This document shows, piece after piece, positions 20,404 to 30,370 of a DNA stretch of 64,000 bases (the stretch's first letter is position 1; each line of letters opens with the position of its first letter). The stretch is taken from the NCBI GenBank assembly GCA_965221905.1, contig OZ244922.1, forward strand, positions 2,148,845 to 2,212,844, given 5' to 3'. Both the position numbers and the translations under genes were made by a program. The notes under the pieces are model-generated. The model was not told the DNA's origin, searched no databases, and saw only the letters and a program-made list of their open reading frames with translations. The stretch comes from Chloroflexota bacterium (GTDB lineage Bacteria; Chloroflexota; UBA11872; VXOZ01).

Positions 20404-21222
20404 ATGAAGAAAGCAGTCTGCGGCAACTGCTTCGGAAGAGACATTCCCCTTGTCGATGCGATGAGTATGGCAAAGGCAGCAGGATTTGAGGGCATCGAAC
20501 CGAGCCTTACGATGGACGGGCCGATATCCACGGATTCATCGGAGGATGACCTAAAGCGAATTCGCGATCATGCGGAGCAAACGGTCGAAATCCATGGACT
20601 CATGGGAGGGCAACCGATTCGCAGCGCGCCGCTGACCACAATAGACAAGGACCAAATCAGGCAAGGCGTTGAAAACATCGCGAAGACCCTGCGGGTGGTA
20701 AAGATTCTTGGCGGCACCAGCCTCTTGGTTGTACCTGGTACCGTGAGTAAGGACGTACGCTACGACATCGCGTACGAAGGCACGTTGGAAGGATTGAAGC
20801 AAGTTGCGCCCATCGCCGAGGATTTGCAGATTTCGGTTGCGGTAGAGAACGTCTGGAATAAGTTTCTGCTGTCGCCTCTGGAGATGCGTAACTTGATCGA
20901 CGAGGTGAACAGCCCGTACGTGGGCTGCTATTTTGACGTAGGGAATTTCCTGGGGTGGGCCATCCCGCAGCATTGGATCGAAATCTTGGCCCATCGCATT
21001 AAGAAGGTACATGTGAAAGACTTCAAGGTTGACGTTGGCAACCGGCACGGTTTCGTGACGCTCTTGCAAGGGGACGTTGACTGGAAGGCAGTGCGACATT
21101 CACTCCGCGCCATAGGGTATAATAGTTATCTGTCCGCCGAGATACCGCTTCATGACACGTTCCCCGAGAAAAGTCTTCTTGACATTAGTACCAGCCTAGA
21201 TACTATCATTGCCAGCGCGTAG
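20404..21222 (+). CDS. Sugar phosphate isomerase/epimerase (xylose-isomerase-like TIM barrel)
   Basis: AP-endonuclease-2/xylose-isomerase-like fold motifs; paralog of the partial gene at the window start. Confidence 0.7.
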   Translation: MKKAVCGNCFGRDIPLVDAMSMAKAAGFEGIEPSLTMDGPISTDSSEDDLKRIRDHAEQTVEIHGLMGGQPIRSAPLTTIDKDQIRQGVENIAKTLRVVKILGGTSLLVVPGTVSKDVRYDIAYEGTLEGLKQVAPIAEDLQISVAVENVWNKFLLSPLEMRNLIDEVNSPYVGCYFDVGNFLGWAIPQHWIEILAHRIKKVHVKDFKVDVGNRHGFVTLLQGDVDWKAVRHSLRAIGYNSYLSAEIPLHDTFPEKSLLDISTSLDTIIASA

Positions 21223-21462
21223 ACTTCGCTAGCGCGTAGACTTCGCTAGCGCACAGACTTCCGCAGGTCATTCAGTCTCTCGATTTGCAAGGCACAGTAT
21301 TGTTGTCAGAGTCGCATGCACCGAATGTTCTCGCACATGACTCTGTGCGCAACCTGACCTTCAAATCGGAATGTCGCCTCCAGGGTACGTTGTTAGGGGC
21401 GCGAACGTATCCTGGTGGGCGGCATTGATCTAAGACTGCTCTGAGAAGACCGAGTTCAATGG

Positions 21463-21828
21463 CTATTGCGCCCGGATGATCTTGCCATCCGGGTCAAGTT
21501 CCACTATTCGAAATGCCCTACCCGCGCGATAAGACTGGCATTGATTCTCGGGCACATCGTCCACCGGCTGACGCGGCGTATGCACGATGTCGGCTACCCA
21601 CCCATCCATCAGGTTTTCCGTGAGGCAAGGGCCGGCGGAAAAGTCTACCCCATCCGCCTTCTTCTGCGCGTAAAGCGCTTGAGCAAGGACAATGGCGCGC
21701 TCACGCTCTTCTACTAAGTCCTCACCCGAGCTTGCAAGACGCACCAGCACAAAGACAAAAAGCAATACGAGCGCAAACGCAATGATAAGTGGCAGTATGC
21801 GGTAACGAAAAACGTCACTTACCCGCAT
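21463..21828 (-). CDS. Small membrane-anchored hypothetical protein
   Basis: One N-terminal TM helix. Overlaps the sulfatase gene's 3' end by 14 nt, so probably co-transcribed. Confidence 0.4.
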   Translation of the reverse strand: MRVSDVFRYRILPLIIAFALVLLFVFVLVRLASSGEDLVEERERAIVLAQALYAQKKADGVDFSAGPCLTENLMDGWVADIVHTPRQPVDDVPENQCQSYRAGRAFRIVELDPDGKIIRAQ

Positions 21829-23371
21829 CGGACCCGCCCACGAATTGGTAGTTCTTCAGTTGTTCGCGCTGCCGCCCGTCAACGGGGTAATGCTCGGTCC
21901 ATTGCGCAAATTGCCAGCCCCTGCCCACGGTTTCCTTATTCTCCACTTCGTCGAGGCGCAACCAGGCGTGGGTTGGCTGGGGATACAGCGCCCATTCATC
22001 ACCGTCCAGCGGATCTGAGTAGCAGGCGGCTTGGAAATGCGCGAACAGTGCATCTATGAGCGTCTGCTTCACGTCAGAAAGCCCTGGTTCGTGGGCATAG
22101 TTCACGAGTTCGTTGCCGCCATCGCGGTAGTTGAGCAAAATCTCCATGCGGTCCGGGGCGCTGTAGATGTATTTCCACTCTTCATTCATCGCGCAGTACA
22201 TGCCTAGTTGCTTCTCTCTGATCTGACCGAAGAGATAGGGTCTGTCAAACGCTCCACCATCGCGGGCCGCGGTCAGGAGCGACTCGCCGTCGCATTCAGG
22301 CTGCCGGTGTTCCACGCCCGCGGCGGAAAGCATAGTCGGCGCGACGTCCTGCAAACCCACCAAATGCTCCCGTACTACGCCTTCCGGCAGCGTGCCCGGC
22401 CACGAAAGAATGTACGGAATGTGACACGCCGGCTCGTGATAGTTGCGCTTGCCGAATGCATGGTGATCGCCAAGAAACTCGCCATGGTCGGCCACGAACA
22501 TGATCAAGGTGTTTTCCCGCTGTTTGGAGGCATCCAACGCTGCAAGAATCTCGCCGACCCAGCTATCAACGAACGAAACGCACGAATAATAATATGCCTT
22601 CATTGTGCGCAGCAAGTTATCATCCGGAAAGAGATCCATCCACTTGCTGCGATTCTGATTCCGCTGATACCACGTGTGCCACCCGATCTCGGCTTCACTC
22701 CGCACCGGTAGGGGCATGTCGGTGCTGCGGTATAGTCTATGCCAGGGCGACGGAGGGTCGAACGGAGGATGCGGCTTTATGAATGAGGTCCAACAGAAGA
22801 ACGGCGCATTCTCATGAGCACGCTCTTCAATAAAGTCAACGGTTCGTTGTGCCGTCCAGGCTGTCGTATGCAGGCGCTCGGGTAACTGTGAAACCTGCGG
22901 AATGTAATAGAGTTCGTGCCTAATGCCGTGCGGTTCTTCCACGTGGCCGTATCCGGCTGCCAACACGTGCTGCAGGAACTCGTCATTTTCCACACTGCGG
23001 GGGACTTCCTCGCTCAGCCACATGCGATCGAAGCCGTGGTGCTCACGTACGGGAGAAAAGTGCATTTTGCCGATGGCCTGCGTAAAGTACCCCGCCGCAC
23101 GCAGCCGCGTCATCAACGTGGGGTGATCTGCGGGAAGCGGGTAGCCGTTGTCAAAGATGCCCGTGCGCAGAGGAAGCTGTCCCGTCATGCAAATCGCACG
23201 TGCCGAGACGCAGACCGGCGATTCTGTGTAGCCGGAGGCGAAGCGCACGCCCTCCGCGCAAAGACGGTCGAGATTTGGAGTTTGGATCAACTCATTGCCG
23301 GCAGCGTGCAGCGCGTCAAATCGCAACTGGTCGCACATAATTAGGAGCAAATTCGGTTGAGCGCGGCGCAT
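21815..23371 (-). CDS. Sulfatase-family (alkaline phosphatase superfamily) hydrolase with non-canonical C-V-S-A-R active-site motif
   Basis: N-terminal LLLIMCDQLRFDAL metal-site region. The signature region reads SPVCVSARAICMTGQ where C-x-P-x-R is expected. Confidence 0.7.
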   Translation of the reverse strand: MRRAQPNLLLIMCDQLRFDALHAAGNELIQTPNLDRLCAEGVRFASGYTESPVCVSARAICMTGQLPLRTGIFDNGYPLPADHPTLMTRLRAAGYFTQAIGKMHFSPVREHHGFDRMWLSEEVPRSVENDEFLQHVLAAGYGHVEEPHGIRHELYYIPQVSQLPERLHTTAWTAQRTVDFIEERAHENAPFFCWTSFIKPHPPFDPPSPWHRLYRSTDMPLPVRSEAEIGWHTWYQRNQNRSKWMDLFPDDNLLRTMKAYYYSCVSFVDSWVGEILAALDASKQRENTLIMFVADHGEFLGDHHAFGKRNYHEPACHIPYILSWPGTLPEGVVREHLVGLQDVAPTMLSAAGVEHRQPECDGESLLTAARDGGAFDRPYLFGQIREKQLGMYCAMNEEWKYIYSAPDRMEILLNYRDGGNELVNYAHEPGLSDVKQTLIDALFAHFQAACYSDPLDGDEWALYPQPTHAWLRLDEVENKETVGRGWQFAQWTEHYPVDGRQREQLKNYQFVGGSDAGK

Positions 23372-23994
23372 AGTCAGGACTCCTCCTTATGTTCCGGTTC
23401 CCATTGCACAACTACAGATGACGAGCAAGTTGATTCGGCACGCTCTCGACACTCCCCTTACCGCCAATTTCGACTTTTGGGGTGATCATCTCCAACAAGA
23501 GAATCCAAGGCTGGCAACTGAGTTTTCAAGGAGTTGTCAGGTTTCGTCGGACTGTGCTAGTTTTCTAGTCGTTGCCTTCTATGCGTGCCTGGAGAGACCG
23601 CAAGACGCGGTTGCCGACCACATTGTCAACTATATTCTAACGTGTCTTGCACTTTGGAACACACCCATGCGCTCTGCAAATCGGTTCATTTGCATCTTGT
23701 GCAGCCATCAGTATAATAGACCGAAGTGCGCGCAAATAGGGCGGATTTCCGGTCACCAATTTGCATCGCGCAGCCGTTGAGAGTGCAATACCAGCGTTAG
23801 AGAATGCACCAATACGTGACAGAGCGAACAAATAAGAATCTACTGCATATTGACCTCCCTGGCGCCCTGCCAGGGCGTTCACTGTCTATGTTAATTCTTG
23901 ATGACTTCAGGGCTTCGATGGCTTTTACTATTGGTTCAACGCTCCCGCGGGACACTAGTCCTGCCGGCGATTTCCGATTTCGAGGAGACTGGGC

Positions 23995-24534
23995 ATGACC
24001 TCTCGTGCCATGCGTCTGACGATAGGTGCTCTTGTTGTCGTTATAGGGCTCCTAGTCATTGGAGGTGTAGCATGGGTGAGCCTGGCCGCTGAAGGCCCGG
24101 AGCAGCCCATTGCCTTTATGCACACAGTGCATGTCGAGCAAAACGACATTGACTGCGTTTTTTGTCACCGTAATGTGGAAACCGGCGCCGAGGCAACAAT
24201 TCCAGCCGTTGAACAATGCATGCTTTGTCACAGTGTCATAAATGGCGAAAACCCGAAGGTAACCAACCCCTTGCATATAGCGGAGATTGCTAAGCTGCAA
24301 GCTAACTGGGAGAACAGAGAGCCCATCGATTGGGTGCGTGTTCACGTATTGCCGGACCACGTGCGTTTCGTGCACGCATCCCATATCAAAGCAGGATTTG
24401 AGTGCGCTACGTGCCATGGTGACATCGGCTCGATGGAACGTGTTAAGCAGGTCCGCTCGCTCAACATGGGCGACTGTTTGGGCTGCCATCGGGAAAACAA
24501 CGCGCCGACCGACTGCACGATCTGTCACCGTTAG
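23995..24534 (+). CDS. actA: Pentaheme cytochrome c, ActA-like subunit of an alternative complex III
   Basis: N-terminal TM anchor and five CxxCH motifs: CVFCH, CMLCH, CATCH, CLGCH, CTICH. Confidence 0.75.
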   Translation: MTSRAMRLTIGALVVVIGLLVIGGVAWVSLAAEGPEQPIAFMHTVHVEQNDIDCVFCHRNVETGAEATIPAVEQCMLCHSVINGENPKVTNPLHIAEIAKLQANWENREPIDWVRVHVLPDHVRFVHASHIKAGFECATCHGDIGSMERVKQVRSLNMGDCLGCHRENNAPTDCTICHR

Positions 24535-24540
24535 AGGAGA

Positions 24541-26799
24541 ATGATGCGACGACGTGACGTCCTGAAATTAGCCGGCACTTCAGGCTTGGGTATGAGTGCT
24601 GTGGCCTTCGCGGGCTGCGGTACGCCGGATCGTGAATTCCACATTCAGAGTCCGGTGGAAATACCGGAAGATACGGTGACGGGTCTCGATACGTGGTATG
24701 CGAGCATTTGCCAAGATTCCGGCGATGGCTGCGGCATTATCGTGCGGGTCAAGAGCGGCCGCGCACGCAAGATTGAAGGCAATCCCGACTATCCCCTCAA
24801 CCGCGGCAAGAGTTCCGCCAAGGCGCAAGCGGCCCTGCAAACGCTGTACAATCCCGATCGTATTCCCAACCCGATGGTCCCGAGACGCAGTCGAGGCTCC
24901 GGTCAATATCGGTTCATGCGTTGGGAGGAAGTGCTGCCGGAGTTCCAGGAAAAGCTTGGCGCTGCCCAAGAGGGCGGCATAGTCATGATTACAGAGCCCG
25001 TCAACGGGCACATGGGTATGATCCTCGAACGGTTTACCCAGAGTATCGGCGCGCGCTGGCTGACGTACGAGCCACTTGAGCAGGCTGCGGTACGACAGGC
25101 CAGCCAGCAGGTGTTTGGGACCACGCGTGTGCCGCAGTTCGATATTGCGAATTCCGCTTACTTGCTTTCCATCGGCGGCAACTTTCTGGAAGGCGGCGAT
25201 GCGCCGGTGCACTACGGCCAAGCCTACGGCAATTTCCGACAAGGAGCGGGCCGTTCTCGGGGCACGTTTGCGCATTTCGATACGCACCTAACGATGACAG
25301 CGGCCAATGCCGACGAATGGCATCCCGTGAACCCCGGCACTGAGGGCATTCTGGCGCTGAGCATTGCGCACGCCGTATTGGATGGCAACGCGGTGCCCGC
25401 CGCGCTCCAACCTCTGACCGGTGGCGAGGGTAATCTGGATGCATATGCGGCCGAAAAAGTCGCTGCAGCAATCGGCGTGCCGGCTGAGGTTATTACGAGG
25501 GTTGCCCATGACTTTGCCGCGGCGCCGACCGCGGTAGCAATGGGCGGCGGCAGCGCTGCCGGCCATACAAACGGGGTCTTCAACATGGCCGCCGTCTTCG
25601 CACTCAATTTGCTGAAAGGCAACGTGGGACAAAGTGGCGGCGTGCTGCTGAATGCCCCGTCGCCCCTGCCGGATATACCCGCTGAAGCGCCAGTGACCTC
25701 GTTCCAAGAGTGGGAGACGTTTCTCAGCGAAATAGACGGCGGCAACGTACCGCAAGTGCTCTTGATACATGGCGCCAATCCCGTGTTTGGCCTTCCTGGG
25801 GTCCTGAACGCGGCCAATTTGCTGGATCGGATACCCTACATCGTCAGCTTTTCGAATGTATTAGACGAGACTACGGCATTGGCAGACTTGATCTTGCCGG
25901 ATCACCATTACCTGGAAAGTTGGGGCACAAGCGTGCCCCCGTTAGGCGCTGAGTATTCCACTCTAGGAATTCAGCAACCGGTTATCCGCCCGTACCACCA
26001 AGAGTTCGAAGGGGAAGCCGGTACGCGTGCCTTCGGCGACGTGCTGCTCGGTTTGGCACAGTTCTTTGGCGGAACAATGGCCGAAGCACTGCCATGGGAA
26101 TCGATGAGAGATGCTATTCGCGCCAGTGCTGATGTCCTTCAAGCCCGAGGCGACGGCTCAGTGACAAGCGATGATCCGGAAGTTTTCTGGCTGTCGGTAT
26201 TGCAACGCGGCGGCTGGTGGGTGCCGTCTGAAAGTGTGTCGGCAGACGCACCGGACCTGACCGGCTTGTCCGTGACAGAAGCGGATTTCAGTAGTGCTGA
26301 CCAAGAGTATCCGTATCATCTCATCGTTACTCCATCAGTATTGCTAGGGGAAGGCAGCGGCAGTCTGGCTGCGTCACCGTGGCTGCAATCAACCAGTGAC
26401 CCCATGACAACAGGTGTCTGGGGAACATGGATTGCCCTTAGCCCAAAGACCATGGAAGCATTGGGCATTCTGGAAAACGACATCGTGCGCATTACGTCGG
26501 TGGCAGGCTCACTAATGGCTCCCGCGTACCCCTATCCTGGAATAGGCGAGGGCGTGGTGAACGTGCCGCTCGGCCAAGGGCACAAGGAGCTTGGGCGGTA
26601 TGCCGAGAACCGTGGGGATAACCCACTGCGTATTTTGGCGCCGGTCATCCAGGAGCAAACCGGGGCTCTAGCCTGGTCGGCTACACGGGTTCGGATCGCG
26701 CCAACAGGACGGCGGACCCGTCTGGCGCGTATCGAGGGTATCACCGCGCCGGTGCAGATGCCCGATGAGCAGACGTTCCAAATCACGAACGAGAGCTAA
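24541..26799 (+). CDS. actB: Molybdopterin-oxidoreductase-like subunit (ActB1-like), Tat-exported
   Basis: Twin-arginine signal MMRRRDVLKLAGTSGLG...AFAGC and MopB-superfamily length and pattern. Confidence 0.7.
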   Translation: MMRRRDVLKLAGTSGLGMSAVAFAGCGTPDREFHIQSPVEIPEDTVTGLDTWYASICQDSGDGCGIIVRVKSGRARKIEGNPDYPLNRGKSSAKAQAALQTLYNPDRIPNPMVPRRSRGSGQYRFMRWEEVLPEFQEKLGAAQEGGIVMITEPVNGHMGMILERFTQSIGARWLTYEPLEQAAVRQASQQVFGTTRVPQFDIANSAYLLSIGGNFLEGGDAPVHYGQAYGNFRQGAGRSRGTFAHFDTHLTMTAANADEWHPVNPGTEGILALSIAHAVLDGNAVPAALQPLTGGEGNLDAYAAEKVAAAIGVPAEVITRVAHDFAAAPTAVAMGGGSAAGHTNGVFNMAAVFALNLLKGNVGQSGGVLLNAPSPLPDIPAEAPVTSFQEWETFLSEIDGGNVPQVLLIHGANPVFGLPGVLNAANLLDRIPYIVSFSNVLDETTALADLILPDHHYLESWGTSVPPLGAEYSTLGIQQPVIRPYHQEFEGEAGTRAFGDVLLGLAQFFGGTMAEALPWESMRDAIRASADVLQARGDGSVTSDDPEVFWLSVLQRGGWWVPSESVSADAPDLTGLSVTEADFSSADQEYPYHLIVTPSVLLGEGSGSLAASPWLQSTSDPMTTGVWGTWIALSPKTMEALGILENDIVRITSVAGSLMAPAYPYPGIGEGVVNVPLGQGHKELGRYAENRGDNPLRILAPVIQEQTGALAWSATRVRIAPTGRRTRLARIEGITAPVQMPDEQTFQITNES

Positions 26800-26820
26800 C
26801 TTCAGCGGGGAGAAACGGCG

Positions 26821-27624
26821 TTGAGACAAGGTGCAGAAGGACAAGAACAAGACACAAGCAAGCCGGTGACAAGCATTGGCCGACGCTGGGGTATGGTGGT
26901 GGACCTAGACCGCTGCACCGGCTGCCAGGCTTGCGTTGTCGCCTGCCATGCCGAGAACAATATCGCATTAAACCTTGAAGACATTGTGCTCCAGCAGCGA
27001 GCGATGAACTGGATTCGCATCGAGCGCTATTGGGAAGGGGAATACCCCAATGTCAAAGCGCGTTTTCTGCCCATGTTCTGTCAGCATTGCAACAACGCTC
27101 CCTGCGAGCCCGTGTGTCCTGTATACGCGACGTACCATAACCAAGAGGGTCTGAACGTTCAGGTTTACAACCGTTGCATTGGCACGCGCTATTGCGCTAA
27201 CAACTGCCCCTACCATGCGCGGTTCTTCAATTTCTGGGAACGCGATCTCGAAGAAGAGCAAAGAGAGTATCTCAATCCCAACGTTACCGTTCGCACCAAG
27301 GGCATCATGGAAAAGTGCACCTTCTGTGTGCAGCGCATCCGCAAGAGCGAATGGGAGCGTCGGCAAGCAGATGAACAATTGCAGGATGGGGACGTAACGC
27401 CGGCATGCGTGCAAGCTTGCCCGACCGGTACGCTAGTATTCGGCAATCTGGAAGATGAAGAGTCTCAAGTATCTCAATTAGCAGAGAACAAGCGACACTA
27501 CCGCGTACTGGAAAACCTTGGCACTGATACCAATGTGATCTACTTGAAGAAGGTTGATCCGCATGCAAGCGAGACAGCACCACACGCTGGAACCGCTGCC
27601 AACACCGGCAGAAATAGCGCGTGA
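26821..27624 (+). CDS. 4Fe-4S ferredoxin-type iron-sulfur subunit (ActB2-like, NrfC/PsrB family)
   Basis: Multiple Cys clusters: CTGCQACVVAC, CQHCNNAPCEPVCP, CIGTRYCANNCP, CTFCVQR...CVQACP. Confidence 0.75.
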   Translation: MRQGAEGQEQDTSKPVTSIGRRWGMVVDLDRCTGCQACVVACHAENNIALNLEDIVLQQRAMNWIRIERYWEGEYPNVKARFLPMFCQHCNNAPCEPVCPVYATYHNQEGLNVQVYNRCIGTRYCANNCPYHARFFNFWERDLEEEQREYLNPNVTVRTKGIMEKCTFCVQRIRKSEWERRQADEQLQDGDVTPACVQACPTGTLVFGNLEDEESQVSQLAENKRHYRVLENLGTDTNVIYLKKVDPHASETAPHAGTAANTGRNSA

Positions 27625-28933
27625 CACATTTAGTCGGGCGTTAGGGAGCAGTGGTGCGTACCGCGTCACGTTGCTCGTCCTTTTCCTGCTCTTTGTTGGC
27701 GGGGTAGCCGGCTTTGCCATGCGGCTCAGCGCCGGCATGGAGGACCGCGGGCCGTGGGGCTACTACGCGGCTGTTTTCGGGTTCCTCTTCACGGTTGGGC
27801 AGGCAGCGCCCATGGTGGCGTTCGTGCCGCGTCTTGCCCGTGCGCGCTGGCATGGGCCGCTCGTACGCGCAGCGCAAGTGGTGGCGGTAGCGGGACTGCT
27901 AAATGTGCTGCTCTTCATACCGCTGCTGTGGCTGGTGCCTTCTAGTGCAGTGCGGACCACGGTGTGGTTCGACTGGCCGTGGGGCGCGCCGCATTTCTTC
28001 GATACGATCTTCGTTCTCATGCTTGTGATGAATGGGTTTGCGTTTCTCTGGGTACAGGCAATGCCGGACCTCGCGTCTCTGCGCGTGCAGAGCGGGGGCA
28101 CCCACCGTTTGGCGCGGCTGCTTTCGGGGTCGTTCATTGGTACGCCCAAGCAGTGGAAAGTGCAACGCATTGCCTTAGCTGTGTTGGGCGGCTGCTATGT
28201 GATGAACTTCATATTCGTGCAATCTCTGATCAGTCTTGACTACGTGATGACACTCGTGCCGGGGTGGAAGAGCTCAATGTTCCCGGCCTTCTACAGCATC
28301 AACGGATTGCTCGCCGCCACGGCGATGACGATCGTCGTAATGGCGGTCATTCGACGGTTTTATGGACTGCAACGGTACATCACTGTTGACCAGTTTTGGA
28401 ACGTGGCAAAGATCATGTTTGCGCTCAATTTGGCCTGGGCCTATCACTGGTGGTCGGACTTTCTCACAACCTGGTACGGTCGCATACCGCGGGAGACCGT
28501 CGTCACGATCGGTACGCGGAGCTTTGGAGAGAACACTGGGCTATTCGCCATTGCATTTATTAGTTGCTTCTTGTTGCCGCTGCTGATTTTGATGTGGAAC
28601 CCTTGGCGCAAGAGCGTTGCCGGCCCAACGATTGTGGCGAGCCTTTCACTCTTTGGCATCTTCATTCAACGCATAATCGACTATGTGCCCGCATATCTCT
28701 CGACCCAGGACCCACTGGACCACGAGTTGCACGAGGCAATTGCAATCCCTTGGCCCGGTTTGCCGGACGTCCTTATCATCGTCGGTGGGTTGGCAGGAGC
28801 CATATTCCTCGTGACATGGGCAGTGAAGGCTCTAGGGCCGCTCTCGAACTGGGAAATGCAGGAGGGCGTACTTCTGCGCCGCAATGAGAAATTCTTGAAT
28901 ACTGAGGTGCCGTATGTCATCAAGCCACAGTAG
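27563..28933 (+). CDS. actC: NrfD/PsrC-family integral membrane quinol-interacting subunit (ActC-like)
   Basis: About 10 TM helices, NrfD-like. ATG 27563 (or TTG 27554) overlaps the upstream gene by about 60 nt. Confidence 0.7.
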   Translation: MQARQHHTLEPLPTPAEIARDTFSRALGSSGAYRVTLLVLFLLFVGGVAGFAMRLSAGMEDRGPWGYYAAVFGFLFTVGQAAPMVAFVPRLARARWHGPLVRAAQVVAVAGLLNVLLFIPLLWLVPSSAVRTTVWFDWPWGAPHFFDTIFVLMLVMNGFAFLWVQAMPDLASLRVQSGGTHRLARLLSGSFIGTPKQWKVQRIALAVLGGCYVMNFIFVQSLISLDYVMTLVPGWKSSMFPAFYSINGLLAATAMTIVVMAVIRRFYGLQRYITVDQFWNVAKIMFALNLAWAYHWWSDFLTTWYGRIPRETVVTIGTRSFGENTGLFAIAFISCFLLPLLILMWNPWRKSVAGPTIVASLSLFGIFIQRIIDYVPAYLSTQDPLDHELHEAIAIPWPGLPDVLIIVGGLAGAIFLVTWAVKALGPLSNWEMQEGVLLRRNEKFLNTEVPYVIKPQ

Positions 28934-28992
28934 GAAATCCTGCTCGCTGCAACTACTGTCTTTCGTGCGGGCGATGAAGGAGATTAATCCCA

Positions 28993-30360
28993 ATGCATGA
29001 GCGCCCCCGGCTCACGCCAATTCAGATAAACCGTGACCTGCTTCGGTCGGTGTTTGAAACGCCGCTGATTTTCTATGTGCTGCTGCTGCTCTTATTGGGT
29101 TTGGTGGGACTCGGCGTGATTGCAGCCACGTTGCTGGTTACGTATGGCTTGGGCGTCACCGGCCTCAATCATCCGGTCTTCTGGGGCTTCTTCATCATCA
29201 ACTTCGTGTTCTGGGTCGGTATCAGCCACGCCGGCACGATGATCTCTGCAATTTTACGGCTTACGTCAGCGGAATGGCGCCGTCCGGTAGTGCGCGCTGC
29301 TGAAGTAATGACGGTATTCTCCCTGATGACTGCTGCGCTCTTCGTGGTGCTCCATACGGGGCGTCCCTGGCGCACGCTCTACTGGGCATTCCCGTATGAC
29401 TTTGTGCGCGGCATATGGCCCGACGTGCGTTCCCCGCTCGTCTGGGACCCCAGCGCCATTTTCACGTACCTTACCGGTAGTATTCTCTTTGTCTACGCCG
29501 CACTGATTCCGGACCTCGCCTTGGCGCGCGATAAGACGACCGGTTGGCGGCGCATGCTCTATGGAGTTCTCTGTCTTGGCTGGCGCGGCAACGCTCGGCA
29601 GTGGAAGCTGCTTAATGCTACGGGCTTGTTGCTCTCTGCACTGATCCTACCGGTGTTTGTATCCGTGCACAGTATTGTGTCTTGGGACTTTGGCATGTCC
29701 CTCGTACCTGGTTGGCACGTGCACATCTTTGCCCCGTATTTCGTTGTAGGAGCCGTGCTATCCGGTGTAGCAGCCGTGATCGCCTTGATGGCGGTAATGC
29801 GCTCTCTATTCCGCCTCCACGACTACATTCGCCCCGAACACTTCGACATGATCGGGCGTCTACTCATAGTTGTTGCTTTGGCCTGGGCGTACTTCTACTT
29901 TATTGATGTAGTCTTCGCGCTATTGAGTAAAGAAGAAGCGGAATACCAGGTGATGAAGCTGCGGCTCTCGCCGCCCTATCTCTACCTGTTCCTCTTGATG
30001 ATCACGTGTAACGTATTCCTGCCGGTGCCAATCTGGATGTTTAGGAGATTCCGCAGAAATATCGGCATCATGGTTTTGACAGCCATCGTCGTCAACATTG
30101 GCATGTGGCTGGAGAGGTTCCTGATCATTGTTCCAACCTTGCAACGACGGCATCCCGATGCGTTCGCCTGGGGAAATTACTCGGCTAGCCTCGTCGAAAT
30201 AGCTCTGGTGATCTTCTCGTTCGCCAATGTATGTCTGTTATTGTTACTTTTTTCCAAGATATTTCCCGTTATTCCCATATGGGAGGAAAAAGAGGGTCAT
30301 ATCTGGAAGCGCGAATTCCGTATTGGCAAACTCCGCTTGCCTGCAATAGTGAGAGAATAG
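28993..30360 (+). CDS. Second NrfD-family integral membrane subunit (ActF-like)
   Basis: A polytopic membrane protein paralogous to the preceding one. Confidence 0.6.
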   Translation: MHERPRLTPIQINRDLLRSVFETPLIFYVLLLLLLGLVGLGVIAATLLVTYGLGVTGLNHPVFWGFFIINFVFWVGISHAGTMISAILRLTSAEWRRPVVRAAEVMTVFSLMTAALFVVLHTGRPWRTLYWAFPYDFVRGIWPDVRSPLVWDPSAIFTYLTGSILFVYAALIPDLALARDKTTGWRRMLYGVLCLGWRGNARQWKLLNATGLLLSALILPVFVSVHSIVSWDFGMSLVPGWHVHIFAPYFVVGAVLSGVAAVIALMAVMRSLFRLHDYIRPEHFDMIGRLLIVVALAWAYFYFIDVVFALLSKEEAEYQVMKLRLSPPYLYLFLLMITCNVFLPVPIWMFRRFRRNIGIMVLTAIVVNIGMWLERFLIIVPTLQRRHPDAFAWGNYSASLVEIALVIFSFANVCLLLLLFSKIFPVIPIWEEKEGHIWKREFRIGKLRLPAIVRE

Positions 30361-30370
30361 GGAGGCAACC

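Noticed and set aside
23418-23882. ORFs 23418-23780 (+, 120 aa) and 23637-23882 (-, 81 aa) in the act upstream region
   Set aside because: No ribosome-binding site and atypical composition. They overlap each other in a probable promoter region and look like chance ORFs.
24580-25817. Several 145-235-aa ORFs antisense or out of frame inside actB1, and similar ones inside gltX, mrdA, mreB and thrS
   Set aside because: They are Arg/Ala-rich translations typical of spurious ORFs in high-GC DNA, and each is fully contained within a well-supported gene.
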